From contig NIVC01001455.1 in the NCBI GenBank assembly GCA_002269645.1, forward strand, positions 1-52,227: a stretch of 52,227 nt of DNA, in the 5' to 3' direction. The DNA comes from Macrostomum lignano. Lineage: Eukaryota. Under the pieces are notes generated by a model. It searched no databases. It was not told the origin of the DNA and saw nothing but the letters and a program-made list of their open reading frames with translations. Both the position numbers and the translations under genes were made by a program. Positions 1 through 13,084 of the stretch are shown here, piece by piece; within the stretch, counting starts at the first letter, position 1, and each line of letters begins with the position of its first letter.

Positions 1-1110
1 AAGATTGGCGCCACTAGAATATTGAACTGGCGCTAATTATAACCATCTCTAGATAAGATCTAATATTGCGCCACTTTTTATCATCTCGGATTGGCGCCAC
101 TAGAATAATCTCAGATTGGCGCCATAGAATCATTTCAGATTGGCGCCACTAGAATCATCTCAGATTGGCGCCACTAGAATCATCTCAGATTGGCGCCACT
201 AGAATCATCTCAGATTGGCGCCACTAGAATCATCTCAGATTGGCGTCACTGGAATCATCTCAGATTGGCGCCATAGAATCATCTCAGATTGGCGCCACTT
301 AGAATCATCTCAGATTGGCGCCACTTAGAATCATCTCAGATTGGCGCCACTAGAATCATCTCAGATTGGCGCCACTTAGAATCATCTCAGATTGGCGCCA
401 GTAGAATCATCTCAGATTGGCGCACTAGAATCATCTCATATTGGCGCCACTAGAATCATCTCAGATTGGCGGCACTAGAATCATCTCATATTGGCGCCAC
501 TAAAATCATCTTAGATTGGCGCCACTTAGAATCACCTCAGATTGTCGCCATTTAGAAAATCTCAGATTAGCGCCACTTAGAATAATCTCAGATTGGCGCC
601 ACAAAATCGTCTCAGATTTGCGCCACTAGAATCATCTCAGATTGGCGGCACTTAGAATTATCTCATATTGGCGCCAGTAGAATCATCTCAGATTGGCGCC
701 ACTTAGAATCATCACAGATTGTCGCCACTTAGAATAATCTCAGATTAGCGCCACTTAGAATCATCTCATATTGGCGCCACTTAGGATCATCTCATATTGG
801 CGCCAATTAGAATCATCTCAGATTGGCGCCAATTAGAATCATCTCAGATTGGCGCACTTAGAATAATCTCAGATTGGCGCCACTTAAAATCATCTCAGAT
901 TGGCGCCACTAGAATAATTTCAGATTGGCGCCACTAGAATCATCTCAGATTGGCGCCACTAGAATAATTTCAGATTGGCGCCACTAGAATCATCTCAGAT
1001 TGGCGCCACTAGAATAATTTCAGATTGGCGCCACTAGAATCATCTCAGATTGGCGCCACTTAGAATCATCTCAGAATCATCTTAGAATCATCTTAGAATC
1101 ACTTAGAATA
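1..1110. repeat. ~25-bp minisatellite (AGATTGGCGCCACTAGAATCATCTC) in the intron upstream of the first visible CUL3 exon
   Basis: Unit read directly, about 40+ copies with 1-nt indels and a palindromic TGGCGCCA core; ends about 30 nt before the CAG acceptor at 1137-1139. Confidence 0.95.
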
Positions 1111-1139
1111 CTGGTACCCCACATTGTCTCCCATCACAG

Positions 1140-2045
1140 GCCCTACTAGATCTGCGCGATCGCTGCGATTGCCTACTAGCTCAGGCTCTGAATCGCGACA
1201 GGCTGTTCAAACAGCAGATTAGCAGCGATTTCGAATACTTCGTCAATTTAAACGTTCGCTCGCCCGAATACCTGTCTCTGTTCATCGACGAGAAGCTTCG
1301 TCGTGGCTCGCGCGGCGCCGCTGCCGATAACGAAATCGAGCCGTTGCTGGACAAATGCATGGTGCTGTTCCGCTACCTGCAGGAGAAGGACGTGTTTGAA
1401 AAGTATTATAAACAGCACCTGGCTAAGCGGCTCATATTGAATAAGTCCTCGTCCGATGACACTGAGAAGTCCATGATCTCCAAGCTCAAAGCCGAGTGCG
1501 GCTGCCAGTTCACTAGCAAACTGGAGGGCATGCTCAAGGACATGACCGTGAGCAATATGCTCAACGAAGAGTTTGGCAACTATTTGAGCCAGGCTGGCGG
1601 AGCTGGTGCTCAGCGTAGCATCGACTTTGGTCTGCGCGTGCTCACTACCGGCTTCTGGCCCACTCAGACTACTCAGAATAAGGTTGGTTTGTTTTTCTGT
1701 CTGTGTGTCTGTCTGCCTGCCTGCCTGCCTGCCTGGCTTTCTGTCTGTCTGTCTGTCTGCCTGGCTTTCTGTCTGTCTGTCTGTCTGCCTGGCTTTCTGT
1801 CTGTCTGTTTGTCTGCCTTAGTGTCTGTCTGTCTGTCTGTCTGCCTTAGTGTCTGTCTGTCTGTGTGTCTGTCTGTCTGTTTGTTTGTCTGTCTGTCTGT
1901 GTGTCTGTCTGTCTGTCTGTCTTAGTGTCTGTCTGTCTGTCTGTCTGTCTTAGTGTCTGTCTGTGTGTCTGTCTGTCTGTCTGTCTTAGTGTCTGTCTGT
2001 CTGTCTTAGTGTCTGTCTGTCTTAGTGTCTGTCTGTCTGTCTTAG

Positions 2046-2082
<37 letters not shown>

Positions 2083-2085
2083 TAG

Positions 2086-2122
<37 letters not shown>

Positions 2123-4300
2123 TTCTTAGTGTCTGTCTGTCTGTCTGTCTGTCTTAGTGTCTGTCTGTCTGTCTGCCTGCCTGCCTGCCTGTCTGTGTGT
2201 CTGTCTTTATGTATGTCTCGTTGGCCAACCAGTATTCCCAGTGCCGTGGTCACCTATAAATAGCTCCCCACTATCCCTACTAATCCACGCCTCCCCACCG
2301 CCAACTCCCGCAGGTTGCTCTGCCAGACGAGGCCCGGCAAGCGTACGACCAGTTCCACCGGTTCTACATGAGCAAGCACAGCGGCAGGCAGCTCACACTG
2401 CAGCCAAACATGGGCACCGCTGATCTGTCCGCCACCTTCAGCGGCGCCCCGCCGTCGGGCCGCGGAGCCGAAGCCGCTGACGAGCCGTCCTCGACCAGCA
2501 ATTCTTTAGCAGTCGGCGCCCGCCGTCGCTACATCCTGAGCGTGTCCACCTACCAGATGGTGGTGCTGCTTCAGTTCAATAGGCGGCCGAAGATCACGTT
2601 TGAGCAGCTTCAGGCTGAGACCAACATTCCGGAGAAGGATTTGCAGCGAGCTCTAGGCGCTCTCTGCATGCAGAAGATGGCTAGTCAGCGATTCCTAAAT
2701 AAGGAGCCCCGAACTAAAGAGATTAGTTCCACTGACGAGTTCACTGTCAATGACGCTTTCTATTCGCGTCACGTCAAGATTAAGGTGAGTGGCTATTTGG
2801 CATATCCTTTTCTGTTTAAGTACGTAAATTGTTATTACTCTGAATTATCTTGTCTGAATTCTTCTCATTAATAACTCACTGGATAAATTCCCCTATTGGG
2901 TAAAAGTCCCCGAACGGATAAATTTCCCTTTTAAGTAAAATTTCCTCGTAGATAAATTCCCATCTTCGATTAATTCCCCTCATGGATAAATTCCTCTCAT
3001 GGATAAATTCCTCTCATGGATAAATTCCCCTCATGGATAAATTCCCCTTCATGGATAAATTCCCCTCATCATGGATAAATTCCCCTCATGGATAAATTCC
3101 CGTCTCGGATAAATCACCTTCTTTGATAAATTCCCCTTATTGATAAATTATTCTCTTGGATAAATGCCATCTTGGATGAATTCCCCTCATGGATAAATGG
3201 GATAAATTCCGATCATGGATAAACTCCTATCTTGAATAAATTCCCCTCATGGATACACTCCCCTTTTAGCTAAATTCCCATCTTGGATAAATTCCCCTCT
3301 TGGAAGAATTCCCCTCTTGGATGAATTCCCTTCTTGGATAAATTCCCCTATTGGATAAAATTCATGGATAAATTCCCCTCTTGAATAAATAGGATAAATT
3401 CCATCTAGGATAAATGGGATAAATTCACCTCTTGGATAAATGGGATAAATTCCCATCTTGAATAAACTCCCCTCTTGGATACATTCGCCTCATTGATATG
3501 CCCCTCTTAGCTAAATTCCCATCTTGGATAAATTCCCCTCTTGGATTAATTCCCCTCTTGGATTATTTCTTCTTTTGGATGAATTCCCCTCGGATGAATT
3601 TCCTTCTTGGATAAATTCCTCTATTGGATAAAATTCTTGGATAAATTCCCCTCTTGAATAAATGGGATAAGTTACCAATCTTGGATAAATGGGATAAATT
3701 CCCCTCTTGGATAAATGGGATAAGTTACCAATCTTGGATAAATGGGATAAATTCCCCTCTTGGATAAATGGGATGAATTCCCCTCTTGGATAAATGGGAT
3801 AAATTCCCCTCTTGGATAAATGGGATAAATTCCCCTCTTGGATAAATGGGATAAATTCCCCTCTTGGATAAATGGGATAAATTCCCCTCTTGGATAAATG
3901 GGATAAATTCCCCTCTTGGATAAATGGGATAAATTCCCCTCTTGAATAAATGGGATAAAATTCCCATCTTGGATAAATTCCCTTCATGGATAAACTCCGA
4001 TTCCCCTCCGCCAAGGTGGCGCCCAGCGGCGGCGTCAAAGAAACGGAACCCGAGCGCCGCGAGACCCGCATTAAAGTTGATGAAGATCGCAAATACGAAA
4101 TCGAAGCGGCCATTGTGCGCATAATGAAGGCCAGGCAGACTCTGTCTCACAATTACCTGATTGCTCAGGTGATTGAACAGCTCAAATCGCGGTTCACTCC
4201 CACTCCTCAAGCGATTAAGAGCCGAATTGAGCACCTGATGGATCGAGACTATATCAAGCGGTCCGATCAGGACAGGCACTACTATCAGTACGTGGCTTGA
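1140..4300 (+). CDS. CUL3: Cullin-3, 3' portion (exons 1140-1682, 2314-2784, 4016-4300; 5' exons outside window)
   Basis: Translation shows [60 protein letters not shown] and the neddylation-region [11 protein letters not shown], ending YQYVA-TGA like CUL3. All junctions are GT-AG, phase 0; 1299 nt in total. Confidence 0.95.
1697..2215. repeat. (TCTG)n-based microsatellite in CUL3 intron 1683-2313
   Basis: TCTG runs interspersed with CTTAGTG and CCTG variants. Confidence 0.95.
2880..3995. repeat. GGATAAATTCCCCTCTT-family minisatellite (26-bp unit in the homogeneous part) in CUL3 intron 2785-4015
   Basis: Unit GGATAAATGGGATAAATTCCCCTCTT; the 26-aa periodicity of the minus-strand ORFs equals 3 x 26 bp. 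Confidence 0.95.
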
Positions 4301-4479
4301 CACTTGATGCGTTATTAATAATGTTATATTCTGAATGGACTACTCACAGATTGATTGACTGTGTCTCTCTCTCTCTCTCTATTTCTCCTGTGGGATTTTT
4401 TATTATTTTTTCTCGAGCACTTTTCATGCTAAAATCATCGGCTTCAACATCGTTATCTAGCTGTTGAATTAGTCTGAAA

Positions 4480-5236
4480 CAGGGGTTGGCAAACTGCGGC
4501 CCGCGAAGCCTCTCTATCCGGCCTTCGGGTCATTTGAAGCTTCACGATCTCAGGTTTTGTCTCTTCTCGGCTCTCTGCTCAGTACTCTCTTCTCGGCTCT
4601 CTTCTCTCCTCTCTTCTCTCTCCTCTTCTCTCCTCTCATATCTCTCCTCTCTTATCTCCTCCCTCCTCTCATATCTCTCCTCTCTTATCTCTTCTCTCCT
4701 CTCTTATCTCCTCTTGCTTCTCGCCTCTCCTATCTTATCTCCTCTCATATCTCTCCTCTCTTATCTCTCCTCTCCTCTCATATCTCTCCTCTCTTATCTC
4801 CTCCCCTCTCATCTCTCTCCTCTCTTATCTCATCTCTCCTCTCCTATCTTATCCCCTCTTCTCTTATCTCCTCTCTTTTCTCGCCTCTCTTATCTCCTTT
4901 TGCTTCTCGCCTCTCATCTCTCCTCTCCTATCTTATCTCCTCTCATATCTCTCCTCTCTTATCTCTTCTCTCCTCTCTCTTCTCGCCTCTCATCTCTCCT
5001 CTCCTATCTTATCTCCTCTCTCCTCTTCTCTCCTCTCATCTCTCTCCTCTCTTATCTAATCTCTCCTCTCCTATCTTATCCCCTCTTCTCTTATCTCCTC
5101 TCTCTTCTCGCCTCTCATCTCTCCTCTCACCTTTCATCCATTCTCTCATCTCTGATATACTCCAGCCACTTCTCTCTCCTCTGTTTCCTCTTCCTCTCTC
5201 ATCTGGCCCCTTGGGTAAAACAGTTTGCCGACCTTG
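4480..5236. mobile_element. hAT/Charlie-like non-autonomous element (MITE shell) with an internal CT-rich array
   Basis: Left end CAGGGGTTGGCAAACTGCGGCCCGCG (4480); right end CAGTTTGCCGACCTTG (5221-5236) is an imperfect inverted copy. The ends resemble MER58-type hAT termini. The 8-bp flanks GTCTGAAA and ATGTAAAA match at 5/8. Confidence 0.6.
4555..5200. repeat. CT-rich low-complexity tandem array (TCTCC/TCTCTTATC)
   Basis: Almost pure pyrimidine on the plus strand; source of spurious Leu/Ser ORFs. Confidence 0.95.
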
Positions 5237-6134
5237 ATGTAAAAACGCCAAGCTAGAAGCTATTAAAATTCGGCAATATGAAAATATACTAGATAATTTA
5301 ATTTTTATTTGTTATTCATTTTAAGAAAACACAATAAAAACTAGACCCTCAATTTCTGTTCCCGGGAGAAGACAGGCTTCTTGTGTTTGAAAAAAATCGA
5401 TTCTCTCGCTTTTTCTGTCTGTATGTCAAATTTTCGGGCGGCAATGCAGAAGAAAAAAAACCTGAATTTTGTACATTTTCAAAATAAATATTTGTTTGAG
5501 TTTCAATTTGCGACTATATATTTAAAAGAAGTTTCAACAACTGCAACAACAACAAATTGATTTTTTTCTTAATCGCAATTTTTTTGTTTGAAATTAGTTT
5601 TGATTTTCGGACAATTCTGTAAACTTGCTGGGTGTTTCAGACTGCGACAGCGTGTCAATTCGTGGCTACTGTATGATACTATGATATATTTATAAATATG
5701 CACTTTGTCTGACCCTGCCCCAGCCTGAGCGCTTTTCAGTTAGCGTTTTTTTTATTTTACAGAAACTGTCAAACACTTTGTTTTTAAATTCCTGTCTAAA
5801 ATTATTTGCTAATAAAAAAGGAAATATGAAAATTCTGCACTTGCATAAGCAGATCAATGTCTGTATTTGATGACCGCCTCCCCACCCTAGCACCGTGTTC
5901 CGGGTCAGAAATTCTTTACTATGTCTGCGAGTTTTGAACACTAAATAAAAAAACTAAACTAAATTTTGCGTCTTTATTTAGTTGTCAGAAGAGTAGCTCA
6001 ACTATTTTTTTCGATTCTATTTCTTTTTATAAACTATTTTTGTTATGTTTAGGCACTTGTGTAGGACGTTTCTTAGAAATGAGTACGCTTCTGAGCTGAC
6101 TGGGAGACACACAGGCACATACTCGTAGATAGAC

Positions 6135-9100
6135 ATACTGACAGACAGACACTATAACAGGTATGCAAACTGCCACACCAAGACAGACAGACACTATAAC
6201 AGGTATGCAAACTGACACACCAAGACAGACAGACACTATAACAGGTATGCAAACTGACACACCAAGACAGACAGACACTATAACAGGTATGCAAACTGCC
6301 ACACCAAGACAGACAGACACTATAACAGGTATGCAAACTGCCACACCAAGACAGACAGACACTATAACAGGTATGCAAACTGACACACCAAGACAGACAG
6401 ACACTATAACAGGTATGCAAACTGACACACCAAGACAGACAGACACTATAACAGGTATGCAAACTGACACACCAAGACAGACAGACACTATAACAGGTAT
6501 GCAAACTGACAGACACTGAGACAGACAGACACTATAACAGGTATGCAAACTGACAGACACTAGGACAGACAGACACTATAACAGGTATGCAAACTGACAG
6601 ACACTGAGACAGACAGACACTATAACAGGTATGCAAACTGACAGACACTATAACAGGTATGCAAACTGACAGACACTGAGACAGACAGACACTATAACAG
6701 GTATGCAAACTGACAGACACTAGGACAGACAGACACTATAACAGGTATGCAAACTGACACACCAAGACAGACAGACACTATAACAGGTATGCAAACTGCC
6801 ACACCAAGACAGACAGACAGACAGACACTATAACAGGTATGCAAACTGACAGACACTATAACAGGTATGCAAACTGACAGACACTATAACAGGTATGCAA
6901 ACTGACAGACACTATAACAGGTATGCAAACTGACAGACACTATAACAGGTATGCAAACTGACAGACACTATAACAGGTATGCAAACTGACAGACACTATA
7001 ACAGGTATGCAAACTGACAGACACTATAACAGGTATGCAAACTGACAGACACTATAACAGGTATGCAAACTGACAGACACTATAACAGGTATGCAAACTG
7101 ACAGACACTATAACAGGTATGCAAACTGACAGACACTATAACAGGTATGCAAACTGACGACACTGAGACAGACAGACACTATAACAGGTATGCAAACTGA
7201 CACACCAAGACAGACAGACACTATAACAGGTATGCAAACTGACAGACACTAGGACAGACAGACACTATAACAGGTATGCAAACTGACAGACACTGAGACA
7301 GACAGACACTATAACAGGTATGCAAACTGACAGACACTAGGACAGACAGACACTATAACTAGTATGCAAACTGACAGACACTGAGACAGACAGACACTAT
7401 AACAGGTATGCAAACTGACAGACACTGAGACAGACAGACACTATAACAGGTATGCAAACTGACAGACACTGAGACAGACAGACACTATAACAGGTATGCA
7501 AACTGACAGACACTGAGACAGACAGACACTATAACAGGTATGCAAACTGACAGACACTAGGACAGACAGACACTATAACAGGTATGCAAACTGACAGACA
7601 CTAGGACAGACAGACACTATAACAGGTATGCAAACTGACACACCAAGACAGACAGACACTATAACAGGTATGCAAACTGACAGACACTGAGACAGACAGA
7701 CACTATAACAGGTATGCAAACTGACACACCAAGACAGACAGACACTATAACAGGTATGCAAACTGACAAACACTGAGACAGACAGACACTATAACAGGTA
7801 TGCAAACTGACAAACACTGAGACAGACAGACACTATAACAGGTATGCAAACTGACAGACACTATAACAGGTATGCAAACTGACAGACACTAGGACAGACA
7901 GACAGACACTATAACAGGTATGCAAACTGACAGACACTATAACAGGTATGCAAACTGACAGACACTATAACAGGTATGCAAACTGACAGACACTGAGACA
8001 GACAGACACTATAACAGGTATGCAAACTGACAGACACTAGGACAGACAGACACTATAACAGGTATGCAAACTGACAGACACTAGGACAGACAGACACTAT
8101 AACAGGTATGCAAACTGACACACCAAGACAGACAGACACTATAACAGGTATGCAAACTGACAGACACTGAGACAGACAGACACTATAACAGGTATGCAAA
8201 CTGACAGACACTAGGACAGACAGACACTATAACTGGTATGCAAACTGACAGACACTGAGACAGACAGACTATAACAGGTATGCAAACTGACAGACACTGC
8301 GACAGACAGACACTATAACAGGTATGTAAACTGACAGACACTAGGACAGACAGACAGACACTATAACAGGTATGCAAACTGACAGACACTATAACAGGTA
8401 TGCAAACTGACAGACACTATAACAGGTATGCAAACTGACAGACACTGAGACAGACAGACACTATAACAGGTATGCAAACTGACAGACACTAGGACAGACA
8501 GACACTATAACAGGTATGCAAACTGACACACCAAGACAGACAGACACTATAACAGGTATGCAAACTGACAGACACTGAGACAGACAGACACTATAACAGG
8601 TATGCAAACTGACAGACACTAGGACAGACAGACACTATAACTGGTATGCAAACTGACAGACACTGAGACAGACAGACTATAACAGGTATGCAAACTGACA
8701 GACACTGCGACAGACAGACACTATAACAGGTATGTAAACTGACAGACACTGAGACAGACAGACACTATAACAGGTATGCAAACTGACAGACACTGAGACA
8801 GACAGACACTATAACAGGTATGCAAACTGACAGACACTGAGACAGACAGACACTATAACAGGTATGCAAACTGACAGACACTAGGACAGACAGACACTAT
8901 AACAGGTATGCAAACTGACAGACACTAGGACAGACAGACACTATAACAGGTATGCAAACTGACACACCAAGACAGACAGACACTATAACAGGTATGCAAA
9001 CTGACAGACACTGAGACAGACAGACACTATAACAGGTATGCAAACTGACACACCAAGACAGACAGACACTATAACAGGTATGCAAACTGACAAACACTGA

Positions 9101-11222
9101 GACAGACAGACACTATAACAGGTATGCAAACTGACAAACACTGAGACAGACAGACACTATAACAGGTATGCAAACTGACAGACACTATAACAGGTATGCA
9201 AACTGACAGACACTAGGACAGACAGACAGACACTATAACAGGTATGCAAACTGACAGACACTATAACAGGTATGCAAACTGACAGACACTATAACAGGTA
9301 TGCAAACTGACAGACACTGAGACAGACAGACACTATAACAGGTATGCAAACTGACAGACACTAGGACAGACAGACACTATAACAGGTATGCAAACTGACA
9401 GACACTAGGACAGACAGACACTATAACAGGTATGCAAACTGACACACCAAGACAGACAGACACTATAACAGGTATGCAAACTGACAGACACTGAGACAGA
9501 CAGACACTATAACAGGTATGCAAACTGACAGACACTAGGACAGACAGACACTATAACTGGTATGCAAACTGACAGACACTGAGACAGACAGACTATAACA
9601 GGTATGCAAACTGACAGACACTGCGACAGACAGACACTATAACAGGTATGTAAACTGACAGACACTAGGACAGACAGACAGACACTATAACAGGTATGCA
9701 AACTGACAGACACTATAACAGGTATGCAAACTGACAGACACTATAACAGGTATGCAAACTGACAGACACTGAGACAGACAGACACTATAACAGGTATGCA
9801 AACTGACAGACACTAGGACAGACAGACACTATAACAGGTATGCAAACTGACACACCAAGACAGACAGACACTATAACAGGTATGCAAACTGACAGACACT
9901 GAGACAGACAGACACTATAACAGGTATGCAAACTGACAGACACTAGGACAGACAGACACTATAACTGGTATGCAAACTGACAGACACTGAGACAGACAGA
10001 CTATAACAGGTATGCAAACTGACAGACACTGCGACAGACAGACACTATAACAGGTATGTAAACTGACAGACACTGAGACAGACAGACACTATAACAGGTA
10101 TGCAAACTGACAGACACTGAGACAGACAGACACTATAACAGGTATGCAAACTGACAGACACTGAGACAGACAGACACTATAACAGGTATGCAAACTGACA
10201 GACACTGAGACAGACAGACACTATAACAGGTATGCAAACTGACAGACACTGAGACAGACAGACACTATAACAGGTATGCAAACTGACAGACACTAGGACA
10301 GACAGACACTATAACAGGTATGCAAACTGACACACCAAGACAGACAGACACTATAACAGGTATGCAAACTGACAAACACTGAGACAGACAGACACTATAA
10401 CAGGTATGCAAACTGACAAACACTAGGACAGACAGACACTATAACTGGTATGCAAACTGACAGACACTGAGACAGACAGACTATAACAGGTATGCAAACT
10501 GACAGACACTGAGACAGACAGACACTATAACAGGTATGCAAACTGACAGACACTGAGACAGACAGACACTATAACAGGTATGCAAACTGACAGACACTAG
10601 GACAGACAGACACTATAACAGGTATGCAAACTGACAGACACTAGGACAGACAGACACTATAACTGGTATGCAAACTGACAGACACTGAGACAGACAGACT
10701 ATAACAGGTATGCAAACTGACAGACACTGAGACAGACAGACACTATAACAGGTATGCAAACTGACAGACACTGAGACAGACAGACACTATAACAGGTATG
10801 CAAACTGACAGACACTGAGACAGACAGACACTATAACAGGTATGCAAACTGACAGACACTGAGACAGACAGACACTATAACAGGTATGCAAACTGACAGA
10901 CACTGAGACAGACAGACACTATAACAGGTATGCAAACTGACAGACACTGAGACAGACAGACACTATAACAGGTATGCAAACTGACAGACACTGAGACAGA
11001 CAGACACTATAACAGGTATGCAAACTGACAGACACTGAGACAGACAGACACTATAACAGGTATGCAAACTGACAGACACTGAGACAGACAGACACTATAA
11101 CAGGTATGCAAACTGACAGACACTGAGACAGACAGACACTATAACAGGTATGCAAACTGACAGACACTGAGACAGACAGACACTATAACAGGTATGCAAA
11201 CTGACAGACACTAGGACAGACA
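6135..11222. repeat. 5.1-kb composite minisatellite (28/42/44-bp variants built on GACACTATAACAGGTATGCAAACTGAC) with higher-order duplication
   Basis: Identical ORFs at 7573/8897 and 8183/9507 give a 1324-bp offset; the rare CTGCGA variant occurs at about 8300, 8708, 9624 and 10032. Confidence 0.95.
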
Positions 11223-11825
11223 GTGAGACGATCAAGCAGACAGGAAAGCATCACTAATAAACAAATGTAAGTCCGATATAGAAGTTTACTATTTCATCGC
11301 TATAGACTAATAAATTTTGCCCAGGCCAACTTGGCTGAGGTAATTTAAGGCTCTATTACAGTGAGACCTGCCTGCAACAGTGTGCTTTGCTCGTATACCC
11401 AATCTATTTTTAGAAGTTTTCTCTGCAAGCCCTTTCGATAAAAATTAGTTAGTAAAAAAACAATTTAATAGCTCTGGCTTGTTAATTACCATATTTGGAA
11501 GTGTCGCATATTTCCGAGCTAGTAGTTGTATTTGTAAGAGTATTTAAATTGCAACTCTGTGCTTGTCCATATATGGTCGTATTCAGGATCTCTTATATTT
11601 TTGTTACTTGTACGAATAGAAAAACTACTTATTTACTACTGATTATTTTATTTAGCCCGTTAGTAGGATGTTTTGAGTTATTCAATTGCTTGTTCAAAAT
11701 TATACAATAGTGTTTGAAATTTCAGCGGCTTACAAAAAATTACATACTTATCAAGCGGTCATGCCAGCTAAATAAGACAGTATTTAGCAGAACATACTAC
11801 TTAGCTATTTATCTAATTTAATTAG

Positions 11826-12568
11826 ATGTCAGTATCGGCTGGCGCCACTAGCGCACCGAGGCGCACAAGGGAGCGAGCACTAACTATCGATATTATGTCA
11901 ACTTTGAGCAGGCTAGCCAATTCTGCTACTAAATCATTGCATCAGACTACTACAAGTAGGCAGCAGCAGCAGCAGCAAAATCCGACCGATTATGTCAATC
12001 ACAGCAATCCAGCCGCTATGCCTCCTAGCGATGGCAGTTTGAGCGATTCTCAAAGCTTCGTATCTGAGTCTAGCATTGAGGGCTCGCATACTAATCTGCA
12101 ACAATTAGTTGCTGCAACAAGCGCTGCAACCCCTTCTGCTTCCGCTAGCAATGGTGTTCTACTAAGAAAGAAGAATTCTATTAGAAAAGAATGGAAACGC
12201 TCGCCGAGTATATCGAATTCGTACGCGGACGAATGGGAGCGAATGTTTCTGTCGCACGGAGAGGGCGACCTGCTGCTCTATTTAAAAGAGCTCTGCTGCA
12301 GCGGCGAGCTCAGGAACTGCCGGTTTCGTAGCGTTGTGTGGCGACTGGCATTGAGGGTGCTGTCATCTGATGCGGCCAAGTGGAAGGAGGAGACTCAGGT
12401 GTGTTTGTGTGTGTGTGTCTGCGCAATGGCTCTGGTACTGTGTCTGTTAGATCTGTCAGTTCGTTATCTATCTATCTATCCATCTATCTATCTATCCATC
12501 TATCCATCTATCTGTCTATCTATCTATCTATCTGTCTATCTATCTATCTATCTATCTATCATCTATCC

Positions 12569-12608
<40 letters not shown>

Positions 12609-12609
12609 G

Positions 12610-12644
<35 letters not shown>

Positions 12645-12727
12645 GTCTATCTATCCATCTATCCATCTATCTGTCTATCTATCTATCTATCTGTCTATCT
12701 ATCTATCTATCTATCTATCATCTATCC

Positions 12728-12767
<40 letters not shown>

Positions 12768-12768
12768 G

Positions 12769-12846
<78 letters not shown>

Positions 12847-12908
12847 CATCTATCTATCTATCTGTCTATCTATCTATCTATCTATCCATCCATCTATCTA
12901 TCTATCTG

Positions 12909-12947
<39 letters not shown>

Positions 12948-13052
12948 GTCTATCTATCTATCTATCTGTCTATCTATCTATCTATCTATCCACCTATATA
13001 TCTATCTATCTGTCTGTCTATCTATCTATCCACCTATATATCTATCTATCTA

Positions 13053-13084
<32 letters not shown>

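Noticed and set aside
6020-6102. Minus-strand exon after the 5.1-kb array (acceptor GTGTCTCCCAG at 6100)
   Set aside because: No convincing partner donor or coding exon was found on the other side of the array; all frames stop within 30 codons.
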